Shown: positions 39,255 to 48,342 of the stretch, in pieces
How the letters are laid out: each line of letters starts with the position of its first letter
How positions within the stretch are numbered: the stretch's first letter is position 1
Notes under the pieces: generated by a model
What the model saw: only the letters and a program-made list of their open reading frames with translations
What the model was told of the DNA's origin: nothing
Database searches by the model: none
DNA from: Myxococcota bacterium
GTDB lineage: Bacteria; Myxococcota_A; SURF-8
Reading direction: 5' to 3'
Length of the DNA: 64,000 nucleotides
Assembly (NCBI GenBank): GCA_963674735.2
Contig: CAXXQS010000001.1
Location: forward strand, 896,001-960,000
Translations under genes and position numbers: made by a program

Positions 39255-40081
39255 CAATATTCTCCTTCTTGAGTAAATTCTTCAGGTGCGAAATAACCGT
39301 ATTCACCCAGCACTTGCAGCATCGACCATGGATCCACCGCCCGGCCATCGCCACCTAGGACGCCGTCCAGGATGGCCCAGAACTCGTCCAGGTCTCCCTG
39401 CCAGTCTTCGACCGCGTCGAGCAGGTCTGCAGCCTGATTGGGACTCAGGCCGACCAGTTGTAACTCGTTGAAGATGTCGTCGTCGGGCGGCATGCTGTTA
39501 GTACGTTGGCTGAAATTACGATCCAGACCAAAACCGAGGCCTAATTCTTCATCCGGCCAGACCAAACCCCAAGGCGCGGCGGGCGTGTGGACTTTGTCAC
39601 TCAGTTCTTTCTCCAGCGTTTCGTCGCGCTCCACACTGGCCAGGAAGCCGACCTTGATCTGATCGACGGTGATGCGCCACGGCGAGTACAGGTCCAGCCG
39701 GGCGCGGAAATGACCCTGTTTGTTCGTCACGATGCTGACCAGCCAGTCTCCGTTGTCCATCTGCTCGATGGTGTCGGCGTCTTCCGAGGACCAGAAGCAG
39801 TTCAGGTCAGCATGACTGTGAGCCCAGCAGCGCAGGTCGGACACGTCGTGACCAACCTTGACCAACTCCGTCATTAACGCGCCCATGCTTTCGCGGTCGG
39901 GCGAGGTATGGCTGTCGGTGCAGGTCTGCTCCGGTAAGAAGAACTTTACGATGACGATGGCGCCGCTGTCCTCGTCCTTCTCAATTACTCCGAAGCAGGA
40001 GAATTCACCCTTGGCCGCCTGCGTCCAGACGCGCAACTGCTTCTCCGCCTCACCCGACAGCAACACCTTCGGCGTCCGCAT
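39254..40081 (-). CDS. JAB/JAMM metallopeptidase (deubiquitinase-like)
   Basis: N-terminal GEFS Glu and a full HSH-x7-S-x2-D motif (HSHADLNCFWSSED). The likely start is MRTPKV, overlapping the end of the E2 gene. Confidence 0.9.
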   Translation of the reverse strand: MRTPKVLLSGEAEKQLRVWTQAAKGEFSCFGVIEKDEDSGAIVIVKFFLPEQTCTDSHTSPDRESMGALMTELVKVGHDVSDLRCWAHSHADLNCFWSSEDADTIEQMDNGDWLVSIVTNKQGHFRARLDLYSPWRITVDQIKVGFLASVERDETLEKELSDKVHTPAAPWGLVWPDEELGLGFGLDRNFSQRTNSMPPDDDIFNELQLVGLSPNQAADLLDAVEDWQGDLDEFWAILDGVLGGDGRAVDPWSMLQVLGEYGYFAPEEFTQEGEY

Positions 40082-41579
40082 CGTCAGTTTCCGCTTCGTC
40101 TCCGTCGGCTCCGTCGTCTTGATCTTCTTCGTCTTCTTCATCTTCAACGGCCCAAGCGCTGCACTCGGATCGGTGTTCGCAGTCCGGGCATTCGGGTTCG
40201 TTTCGTTCACGGCAATTCTCCTCGCTTTCAGGGTGTAAGGCGCACCATTCGCGGTGGCACTGTAAGCATTCGTAGGGCCCGCCGTCGTTCCGGCAGTCGT
40301 CGCGCACATCGTCCAGGAAGGGGCAGCGCGCATCCCCGCAATCCAGGCAATCTCGCGGAGAGCTGTTGTCGAAGCAGCGGCTGTAACGCTCGTCCCAATA
40401 TGGGCAATCCCTGTCGGAGCAATCCGTGCAGGTGGCTTCGCCGCCTTCATAGCATTCCTCGTATTCGTCGTGCTCGCTGTCGAACCATTGCGTGTACGGG
40501 TCGAGCGGGTTGTAGGACAGCAGGAATTCGTCGAGCAGTAGCAACAGCGTCCCCCATTCGCGCTGCGCCATGAGCTTGTTGACATCGTCGCCGATGTTGC
40601 CCAGGCACGGTGAGCCTTCCGTGCTGATGTGTGGGTGGAAGTAGTTGGATCGCCACTCGTTGTTGCCGGCGGCCTCGAAGCGGATCAGTTCTTTGCCGGT
40701 CAACTCGATCCGGCAGCGGATGTCGCCCAGTTCCGACTCCACGCCCGAATCCGGGTCTTCGATCCGCACATCGGTATGCACGGCCACCAGTTTGCTGTCA
40801 GAAATCGAGATGGACTGGAAGCGTTCGCCGACGAGGGATTGCAACTGCTGGCTGATCCGCTTGACTGCACTCATCGTGCGTCCGCATTTCTCGTTGACGG
40901 CCAGACGGAGCAGACGTTCTTCCTCCCGCTGGCGCGCCAGCTTGCCCACGAGCTGATGGTACTGCCGGTTCAGTTCGAGCAGATTGGCCTCGTTGTCGCG
41001 GATGTCCTGCTGGGTGCGTTCCAGGCTCTGGCGGGAAAGTGCGCTGTAGAAGCTGCCGAAGCGGCGAGTGGTCTCAAGCGGATTGGGCGTCTGCATGGCG
41101 TTCCGGCAGGCGCAGTCGAAGCCGTCGCGGAAGATGCTCGTCAGCAGGGTGCGCTTGGCCCCGAAAGTGACTTCCAGACCGTTCTGGAAACGGATGCTGT
41201 TGTCATCGATGCGGGCGGTGTAGAGTGTTGAGCCGCTCAGCGTCCAGGCCCCATGTACGTACGGCACTTGGAGATCGGGACCGTGCTCCATTGGAAGCCA
41301 GCGCTTCCGGTCCTCATTCAGTAACTTGCGCTTCTCACCAGTCACCGCCGCGTTGACCGGAGCCATGTAGAAGCGGTAGTCGCCATCAAGCACCGTGACC
41401 TCGTATTCACGCGAAACAACCACTGTCATCACCGGGCCAAGCGTATACGCTGCATCCGACCGATCATCTTCTTTCACTTGGACGATGGGATGCTGGTCGG
41501 CGGGGAAATCGAGCAACCACTCCTGCATGAGCGCCCGAAGGATTTCCGGGATACGAGTGGTATCGTTAAGATGTTCCAT
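40050..41579 (-). CDS. Prokaryotic E2-like protein with a coiled coil, four Cys4 repeats and an acidic tail
   Basis: FHPHISTEGSPCLG matches the UBC HPNI-x3-G-x2-CL active site; it lies between the Ubl and JAB genes. Confidence 0.8.
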   Translation of the reverse strand: MEHLNDTTRIPEILRALMQEWLLDFPADQHPIVQVKEDDRSDAAYTLGPVMTVVVSREYEVTVLDGDYRFYMAPVNAAVTGEKRKLLNEDRKRWLPMEHGPDLQVPYVHGAWTLSGSTLYTARIDDNSIRFQNGLEVTFGAKRTLLTSIFRDGFDCACRNAMQTPNPLETTRRFGSFYSALSRQSLERTQQDIRDNEANLLELNRQYHQLVGKLARQREEERLLRLAVNEKCGRTMSAVKRISQQLQSLVGERFQSISISDSKLVAVHTDVRIEDPDSGVESELGDIRCRIELTGKELIRFEAAGNNEWRSNYFHPHISTEGSPCLGNIGDDVNKLMAQREWGTLLLLLDEFLLSYNPLDPYTQWFDSEHDEYEECYEGGEATCTDCSDRDCPYWDERYSRCFDNSSPRDCLDCGDARCPFLDDVRDDCRNDGGPYECLQCHREWCALHPESEENCRERNEPECPDCEHRSECSAWAVEDEEDEEDQDDGADGDEAETDDADAEGVAVG

Positions 41580-41650
41580 ATCGTCTCCTCTAAAAATGCG
41601 AACGGCGGAAGGATTTCCCTCCGCCGCTCTGGTCCCGACCTCCTTTCCGG

Positions 41651-41914
41651 CTACTGGTGGGTCGCCACGCCGCCGTCGACTTTCGGCGTCAGCGCGAGGA
41701 TGTCGCCATCGTCGGGCCGTTCGTGCAGCTGCGTGTGGACGCCATTCAGCGTGAGCGCGTAGCCCTGGCTGTCAAAACCCGCCGAGGTGAGGGCGTCGGC
41801 GCAGGTGGAGCCTGCCGGGACGGTGACCTGGCGCTGGCGACCGATCGAGACGACGGTGATGCGTATGCCGGGATTACGGGACTGGGACTGGTGATCGTTC
41901 TGGTTCTGGTCCAT
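41651..41914 (-). CDS. Ubiquitin-like (beta-grasp) protein with GG followed by a VATHQ extension
   Basis: GGAGG RBS; ITVVSIG...VTVPAGSTCADAL..AG...LTLNG...DGDILALTPKVDGG. Confidence 0.88.
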   Translation of the reverse strand: MDQNQNDHQSQSRNPGIRITVVSIGRQRQVTVPAGSTCADALTSAGFDSQGYALTLNGVHTQLHERPDDGDILALTPKVDGGVATHQ

Positions 41915-41958
41915 GATTTCCTCCTGGGATTGGAATGATGGGCGGTATTGCCCGGACA

Positions 41959-41983
41959 CAAAAACGCCGCCTCAAGGGCGGCT
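41959..41983 (-). terminator. Intrinsic terminator-like hairpin
   Basis: Minus strand reads GCCGCC-CTTGA-GGCGGC followed by GTTTTT, downstream of 42019..42783. Confidence 0.65.
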
Positions 41984-42018
41984 GCGGTCGATTACGTTGC
42001 TGTCGTGGACGGAGGCCG

Positions 42019-42783
42019 TTACTCGGCGCTATCGCCGTTCTCCTCGTCCCCGTTGGGCTGGATGACGCCGCGCAGATTCTCGAAGATCGTCTTGAACTGC
42101 CGAATCTCCAGTTCGTTGCAGTCTTCCTCCTTCGTCAGCTCCAACACGGCGTAGGTGCCGGTTGGCATGGTGAGCGAGAGCCGAGTTTTGGCGGTGAACA
42201 GCGGCAGGTCAGCGCGTTGGCCATCAGGGAGCTGAAGCTTGCCGAGAAAGTAGCGCGCCAGGTAGCGCTGAACGGGTTTGCGGCTGGTAGCCTTGGCGCG
42301 GATGATGAACGGATTGTTATTATCCAGGTCGATACCGAGCAGCGCATACACGATGTCGCAACTGGGGGCTGTGGGCTGTCCATTGCCATGCCCCCAAAGT
42401 CGGTGTGGGCAGGTGGCGCAGTCCACGACCTCTCCATCGGCGCGGACGCCTTCCACGCCATCATCCGAACGGCAGTGCTCGGTCATGCCGGAGGTCTCGC
42501 TGTAGGTGGCCCACCGTCGGGACTTCTTGATATGGAGCAGGACGCACGAAATCTCGTCCTTGGCTTCGCCGGTCAAGCTGTTGATGAAGATGTCTTTGGG
42601 TGCCCAGGAACCGTCCTGGAGCTGACGTCGGGCGTTGAAAGCATAGGAAGGGAGTGGCCGATCCTCATTGTCCAGATGCTCCAGAGCGCGAAGATCGGCC
42701 AACTCGGTGGCGAGAGACATAGGGATGGGAAGTTGGTGGTGGGCCTCGTTTGTTGCACTGACTACAGACGTGTCCGTTGTCAT
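42019..42783 (-). CDS. Phage-like Cys4 protein (possible ssDNA-binding or annealing protein)
   Basis: AAGGAGG RBS; CRSDDG...CATCP...WG...PSC pattern and an acidic C-terminal tail. Confidence 0.55.
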   Translation of the reverse strand: MTTDTSVVSATNEAHHQLPIPMSLATELADLRALEHLDNEDRPLPSYAFNARRQLQDGSWAPKDIFINSLTGEAKDEISCVLLHIKKSRRWATYSETSGMTEHCRSDDGVEGVRADGEVVDCATCPHRLWGHGNGQPTAPSCDIVYALLGIDLDNNNPFIIRAKATSRKPVQRYLARYFLGKLQLPDGQRADLPLFTAKTRLSLTMPTGTYAVLELTKEEDCNELEIRQFKTIFENLRGVIQPNGDEENGDSAE

Positions 42784-43504
42784 GGGAAACCTCCTTGAAT
42801 TTTGTAAGTGGAGTTGTCTGGAAATTATGGGATTCAAGCTGAAGAGTGGGCAGGATTCAGGTATAAGGTTGGTGAGGAATATTCAGATTATCTGGGCCGA
42901 CAACGACCACCTGGCTCGTAGCTACGTTATTGGCCTGACTATTTGGCTTATATCGTGTTCGACTGGATATTTTCAGAGAATATCAGGATGAGATAAATAC
43001 ACCCAGTAGAGGTGTATGAATATAATCCACCGAGTGCGAGCAAGGGAAGCCACCTCAATTCCCACCACCTTGGGTGTCCACCTGGAGGAGGTGTATTCAA
43101 CGAAAAATTGGCCAAGTTGGTACCGGACATTGCCTTTCACTACGGGGCCCCATAGCGATTTTCGATAGCCCTTCAAACCGGCGAGAAGACTAACGAAAAT
43201 CAGAAATTCCGTGCCGTTGGGTTCTCTTAGGGGCAGTTAGATGTTTACCAAAATAGGCCCTAATATGTACCCGGCTGGAAGCCCTCATAGGTTCAAAACT
43301 GCACAAACGAGGGGCCGTTGCACAATGGTACGACTCCTGCAAACTTAGCGATGGACTGGTTGGCCGCAACCATCGTCCTGCCAGGTTATCTGACTTGGGA
43401 TCGAACACCACGCAGCATGATTGGCGAGTTCCCTGATAGCTGATCCTACTGCGCCGCTTTTCGCCACCCATTCGTACAATTCAGCTTCCCAGCAGATATC
43501 ATAT

Positions 43505-43987
43505 TTACCGATCGCCTACCGGAAGAATACGCACTCTTGCCAACTGCCCAGGACTGGACATTTTCTTCAGCAATCCGGCATTCTCCAATGCGGTGAGGGC
43601 ACGACTCTTCGCAGAGGAATCCACGCCCATCTGTTCAAGTTGTTTGTCAGGCACCAGGACAGTATCGCAATTATCCATCCCCGCCATCCACCAAATCACA
43701 ATCGCCACCTCCAACGTACGCCCCTTTAGTGCTGCAGCACGAATCAACCACTCCAACGGAATGGCACCCCAGAGGTACTTTTCGCCGCTATTGGAGCCGG
43801 TATCAGCGTACGGAGGTGGATTGCCCTGAGAATCAAGATCGACTTCATCAAGCTTACTGCGCCTACGGCGACCAGTCTTTCCAGATGATCCAGCTGAATA
43901 GTCACCACTGTGACCAAACTTATCTAGCCACTCACGCTCAGAAATCTCCAGAGAGGACAGACCAACATTCTTGCGCGACTTAGGCAT
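43505..43987 (-). CDS. Winged-helix-like DNA-binding protein downstream of the polymerase
   Basis: GAIPLEWL..AAAL.G and GVD...KSRAL.ALE.AGLL segments. Confidence 0.65.
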   Translation of the reverse strand: MPKSRKNVGLSSLEISEREWLDKFGHSGDYSAGSSGKTGRRRRSKLDEVDLDSQGNPPPYADTGSNSGEKYLWGAIPLEWLIRAAALKGRTLEVAIVIWWMAGMDNCDTVLVPDKQLEQMGVDSSAKSRALTALENAGLLKKMSSPGQLARVRILPVGDR

Positions 43988-44166
43988 CAACACCCCCTTC
44001 AAAAAAAAAAAAGAGCCGGCGCAACTACCCTTGCCATGTTTATAGATAAGGTCATGGACTTTCGCGCAAGGCTTTGCAGCCTTGCTCTCAGTCCATAACC
44101 AAGACTGACCGGGTTTGCATGGGTGCAAAGGATCTTTGCAAATATGCAAAGGTACCCCGTGCTCAG

Positions 44167-45795
44167 CTACAAGTATCTGCTTAGGATGGACCATGTAGTT
44201 GACTCCGTGTCAAGCTGAATTCGTTCAGGATACGTACACCGGGCTTCACAGGCCGCCTTTAGGCGGAATCCTCCCAGCACCTCTTCGCTGGCTGATTCCA
44301 TGGCCTCAGCGCATGTGGCGATGGAGGTCCCCAGCTCTTCCTGTCGACATTCCACCCACAGGCTATCGTGCAACGACGCACACACGCGCAGCCCTGCATC
44401 CATGGCCAGTTGAATGGCGCGTCGTAGAATATCACTGGCCGTGGCCTGCAGCGGGAAATTGCGAATCGACTCATCAGACATCTCTTTGGTCGGAATCAGT
44501 CGCCAACCCATGGGAGTTGTGAGGAGTTCTCCACGGTGTACACGGTTCAGCAGGTCTTCGCTCCATTTCCAGTACACCGAGTATGTCTGTCTGTATGTTT
44601 CTATCATGTGTTTGGCCTCCGACTCATCGACATCCAGTTTCCTGGCCAGATTTCTTGCCCCAATTCCATATCCGATGGCCAGTAGTGCCAGTTTGAACCG
44701 TTTCCTCTCGGCTGGATAATCGTCTTTGCAGGCATTCTCGGGGACTGCTCTATTCTTTGCTCCAAATGCAAGATAAACATCACCGGAGCGATAATCTCTT
44801 TTCATCGACTCATCACCGGATAAGGCGGCAGCAATGCCGAACTCCTCAGCAGAAAAGTCAACGGAAAACATGGATCGGCCGGGTGGAGGTTTGATCAGCG
44901 AACGCAAGGGTTTCGCCCTGCACAAAATGGATTCCCAGCTGGGCTGGTTGCGCCCCGTTTTGCTCCTGAACAGGCCGGGTGAGGTTCGGTTGCGTCCGTC
45001 GGCGCCAACCACCACCGTGGAAATCTTTCCCTGATTGCGGATTTGCTCCACGTCTTTCAGCAATTCCAGTTCAGGATGCACTTTCGCCATCTCTTTCAAA
45101 TCGTCATAGTGAACGTCCGTTTCCCGTTTCCAATGCCTGGGAAAGGAATTGCTCTGGCTTCGCAGGTAGCTCTTGAACTTGCGAAGGGAGAGTCTTCCAT
45201 CAATGTAAACATCATACTGCTCGTTGGCTTCCTCTGTCAGCTCGGCCAGGATATCGGGCATCACCATTTGTAGTTTTTTCAAAGCCGTCATGTCCATTGG
45301 CAGACCGGCCTCTTGCATTTTGCGCGCATAGGGAAGAAAATGAGAATATTGTAGCACAATCTGAACCTCCCTGTCATCGTCACCCAGGCATGTCAGCAAT
45401 CGCTCCATATCAGCCAGGTACGAAAGGCCAATCCTGTCTTCCGACTGAGAGAGCTGATCGAAAGCAGCCAGTGCTTCGGGAAGAGATGTTTCACCCTTGT
45501 CCACCAAACCATTGCTGATCATTCGAAACCATAGGTGCAGATCGAGAATGGTTTCAGGAGGCGCCAGGCCAATCTGCCGTAAGCACAGAAGTTCCGGAAC
45601 ACCGTCAAACAGAACGAGCAGACTATCCGATGTCCATGGCGGATTCGTGCCAAGCATATCCTCAAATTCAAGGATTTGTGGAGCTTCTCCCATGACTTTG
45701 TGAAATAGCCTTTTGGGGATCGGAATATCTCCTGGTCGGCGCTGTTGGTCAAACACCAGAAAATGGATAGACGGATAGGCATCAAGAAACGTCAT
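44167..45795 (-). CDS. Compact family A DNA polymerase (mobile-element type)
   Basis: SKTGR.QP, motif A VDFSAEEF.IAAALSGD, motif B R..FK...LAIGYG, RNFPLQ and motif C LHDS. Confidence 0.9.
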   Translation of the reverse strand: MTFLDAYPSIHFLVFDQQRRPGDIPIPKRLFHKVMGEAPQILEFEDMLGTNPPWTSDSLLVLFDGVPELLCLRQIGLAPPETILDLHLWFRMISNGLVDKGETSLPEALAAFDQLSQSEDRIGLSYLADMERLLTCLGDDDREVQIVLQYSHFLPYARKMQEAGLPMDMTALKKLQMVMPDILAELTEEANEQYDVYIDGRLSLRKFKSYLRSQSNSFPRHWKRETDVHYDDLKEMAKVHPELELLKDVEQIRNQGKISTVVVGADGRNRTSPGLFRSKTGRNQPSWESILCRAKPLRSLIKPPPGRSMFSVDFSAEEFGIAAALSGDESMKRDYRSGDVYLAFGAKNRAVPENACKDDYPAERKRFKLALLAIGYGIGARNLARKLDVDESEAKHMIETYRQTYSVYWKWSEDLLNRVHRGELLTTPMGWRLIPTKEMSDESIRNFPLQATASDILRRAIQLAMDAGLRVCASLHDSLWVECRQEELGTSIATCAEAMESASEEVLGGFRLKAACEARCTYPERIQLDTESTTWSILSRYL

Positions 45796-46325
45796 GGCGA
45801 TTTTCCAAGATGGTTGACTATCGGGTCATCCATATCCATGATTATCCGGTTCTCAAAGGCATCCTCAAAAAGAGAATCTACATCAATCTCTTTCCAAGCT
45901 GGTTTGTCCTCTCCTTGCATGAATTCCACGTTATAGCGATTGTGACCTGTTGTGGGGTAGCTGACCCAGCCGGTTTTAGCCTGTTCGATCATCTCTTGAA
46001 GACTGTCATACCAGGGATCAGCCATACCGCGATTTTTTCCGCGAGCCGGAAAAAGAAACAATTCTTCCGGATAGCTCATAGCCACATAGATTCTGTACCA
46101 TCGCATGTGCGAAGATAATGAGGACCACAACGATTTTGCTACCAGGAAAAACGAATCTTGCCACTTTTTTTCCTGGATCGAAAGAAGGGGCATCCCTCTG
46201 GAATACTCCGGGTGGACAGTAAAGAACTCCCGCTTTTTCGGCTTACGGACCTCGGCCTCATGCTTGACGAATAAGCCGGGAAAGCGATCAAGGATCGTGG
46301 CGCTGTAAGGGGCTGCTACACGCAT
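45792..46325 (-). CDS. Polymerase-associated protein (possible SSB)
   Basis: 4-nt overlap with the polymerase gene; VRKP...EFF.VHP, LFLFP and AF..R.I...D.P pattern. The SSB role is inferred. Confidence 0.6.
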   Translation of the reverse strand: MRVAAPYSATILDRFPGLFVKHEAEVRKPKKREFFTVHPEYSRGMPLLSIQEKKWQDSFFLVAKSLWSSLSSHMRWYRIYVAMSYPEELFLFPARGKNRGMADPWYDSLQEMIEQAKTGWVSYPTTGHNRYNVEFMQGEDKPAWKEIDVDSLFEDAFENRIIMDMDDPIVNHLGKSP

Positions 46326-46345
46326 TAACCGTCTACGCCTTCCTC

Positions 46346-46711
46346 CTACTTCTTTCTGCGGGGTCGTATGGGTTTGATGGCTTGCTTGTATCGATCCTTG
46401 CTCTCGGTTTCCCTGATAAGGGTGAAAATCTCACCTCTATGAAGAGCATGGTCACCATCGGCAAGTCGAAGAGACTCAAACTCAGCAATCAGCTTGTCAT
46501 AATCGGCATCCGACTGGTCTGCTGGTCGTTCAGATTCGTTTTCAGTATCTGGTTTAGCCATCACCATCAAAACGTCGTTTTCTTCAGTTGCTTCCCGCTT
46601 TGAACCGATCGATATTGATTGATCCGATTCGCTATTGGGCTTGTGACCGAAATGGAAACTTTTGATGACAGCACTTTCTACTTGAGTGGATTTACCTTCA
46701 TGTTCCATCAT
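46346..46711 (-). CDS. Hypothetical protein, first gene of the polymerase module
   Basis: GGAGGA RBS; co-directional with the module. Confidence 0.5.
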   Translation of the reverse strand: MMEHEGKSTQVESAVIKSFHFGHKPNSESDQSISIGSKREATEENDVLMVMAKPDTENESERPADQSDADYDKLIAEFESLRLADGDHALHRGEIFTLIRETESKDRYKQAIKPIRPRRKK

Positions 46712-46930
46712 TTCCTCCCTAGAGATGCTATTTTTGTGAGAAGATCGGTCGCTATCTCTTGTGACTTGTATTCGCCCATTGCCAACTAGATAGCACCGAA
46801 GCGATCTTCTGTTTCACTCACTGTTCTAAAATAGTAGCTAGAACTTGTAAGAGAATTTAGCGGGAAGAAACCAGGAAGGAAGAACTCACGAATTATCGGA
46901 CGGTTAGCAAACCTAGGAAATAGATCGCTT

Positions 46931-47250
46931 TCATGACTGCAAAGAACTTTGAATGAATTCTACAGCTCTTTTCCTGTGGACTTGTTTTTTCATCCGTGTG
47001 ATTGGCCGCAATCGCCGCTCGGTGACTTTCCGGAGGATGGCATTGTCATCACAGTTTTCCAGCCATTCGACGAAATCGGAAGGCAGTTCCAAGAGCCTTA
47101 TGTGATAGCAGACCTTGGCACGGCTCACTCCGAATTCTTCGGCCACATCCCTGTAGCTCTTGGAAGGTGAGCTTTGAAGAACCCTCTGGTATTGTCTCGC
47201 GATCAAGATTGGATTTCGAGCTGGCTCGATTGACTTTTTCTTGGGTGGAT
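46931..47250 (-). pseudogene. ParB-like HTH fragment, 5' end uncertain
   Basis: SYRDVAEEFGVSRAKVCYHIRLLELP...TERRLR. The upstream part of the listed ORF is antisense to the IS relic. Confidence 0.55.
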
Positions 47251-47363
47251 GCTTAAATGGTTCTTGCGAGAAGTTAGCAGCACCAGAGCGTCGCCTGAGA
47301 AACCACTGGAATTCCAATGGGATAGTTACACGGCCAACGGTGCTCTTTCTGTATGCTCCGGGG

Positions 47364-47884
47364 ACACGCTGCATGGGCTTGTCCGCCACCACGTTCTGTT
47401 TGTTATCGATTTGGCGACTCGCCGGGTTCATATCGCTGGGATCACCAATCAGGCTCACTAGGAGTGGATGAAGCAGATGGTGCGGAATATGACTGACGCC
47501 TTCGATGGTTTTCTTCTGGACATGCGCTATCTCATTATGGACCGGGATCCTCTTTTTACCCCCGCTTTTCGCAAGATGTTGTCCGACAGTGGTGTCGATC
47601 CCGTGCGTCTTCCGGCCCACAGCCCGAATCTGAACGCCTACGCGGAAAGGTTTGTTTTATCAATAAAATCAGAGTGTTTAAACCGTATGATTCCGCTTGG
47701 TGAGGGCCATCTGCGCCGTGCGGTGTTCGAGTATGTCCGGTACTACAACGGAGAACGTTTCCATCAGGGCCTTGACGGCCAATTGATTGATCCGGATGCC
47801 ACCGCAGGGAAAAGCACGGGAGAGGTGGCGTGTCGCGAGCGTCTGGGCGGAATGCTGAAGTACTACTACCGGGAGGCGGCATGA
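47364..47884 (+). pseudogene. Integrase-core (DDE, rve-type) transposase relic
   Basis: LFVIDLATRRVHIAGIT...*EWMKQ...LIMDRD...SPNLNAYAERFV.SIKSECL...YNGERFHQGL, with an in-frame TAG at 47459-47461 and no N-terminus. Confidence 0.85.
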
Positions 47885-47961
47885 GTGGAACCAGAACCTT
47901 TCAGCCGGTATAGCTGATCACTGTTACACTTCCGGCTGCACTACGGCGAGGAAGAATTGCG

Positions 47962-48342
47962 ATGAGGGCAATCAACCGGCAAGCGATATTGGTGAAAAAG
48001 AAACAGCCTTTCGTCGACTGGCTTACTTTTACAAGCAAGACTCACGATCCGCCTGAGCACCAAACGGAATTCACCTTGGCCTATGTAAATAGTGAGCACA
48101 ATATATACCTGATTGAAGACATTGAGGTGCTTGATATAGCCTACGAGTATATTGAAACTCTCAAGCCGAGCCTATTTGAAGCTGAATTGAGCGGTTGGTA
48201 CAATGCCAACGCTTCCCACTTATGGCCTCAAGACCGTTCGAATGACGTCTTCGATCAGTGGTTTGAAATTGAATTCCATTCGATGGTGATCGATATCGAG
48301 AAATACAGGTTGAAAAAGGATAAACATCAATTTGGATGGTAG
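47962..48342 (+). CDS. Hypothetical protein
   Basis: GAGG RBS and an intact 126-aa ORF (INR.AI.VK.KQPFVDWL...WP.DR...F..WF). Confidence 0.7.
   Translation: MRAINRQAILVKKKQPFVDWLTFTSKTHDPPEHQTEFTLAYVNSEHNIYLIEDIEVLDIAYEYIETLKPSLFEAELSGWYNANASHLWPQDRSNDVFDQWFEIEFHSMVIDIEKYRLKKDKHQFGW

Noticed and set aside
40082-40585. N-terminal extension of the JAB ORF
   Set aside because: Alternative-frame read-through of the E2 gene's 3' end; the JAB domain begins at MRTPKV.
19950-41914. ThiS/ThiF or MoaD/MoeB cofactor biosynthesis
   Set aside because: No thi, moa or cys pathway genes are in the window, and an E2-like gene sits between the Ubl and JAB genes.
42840-43500. Small ORFs or a structured RNA between the wHTH and SSB-like genes
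   Set aside because: No convincing RBS, motif, iterons or fold by eye; it could still hold an origin or promoter.
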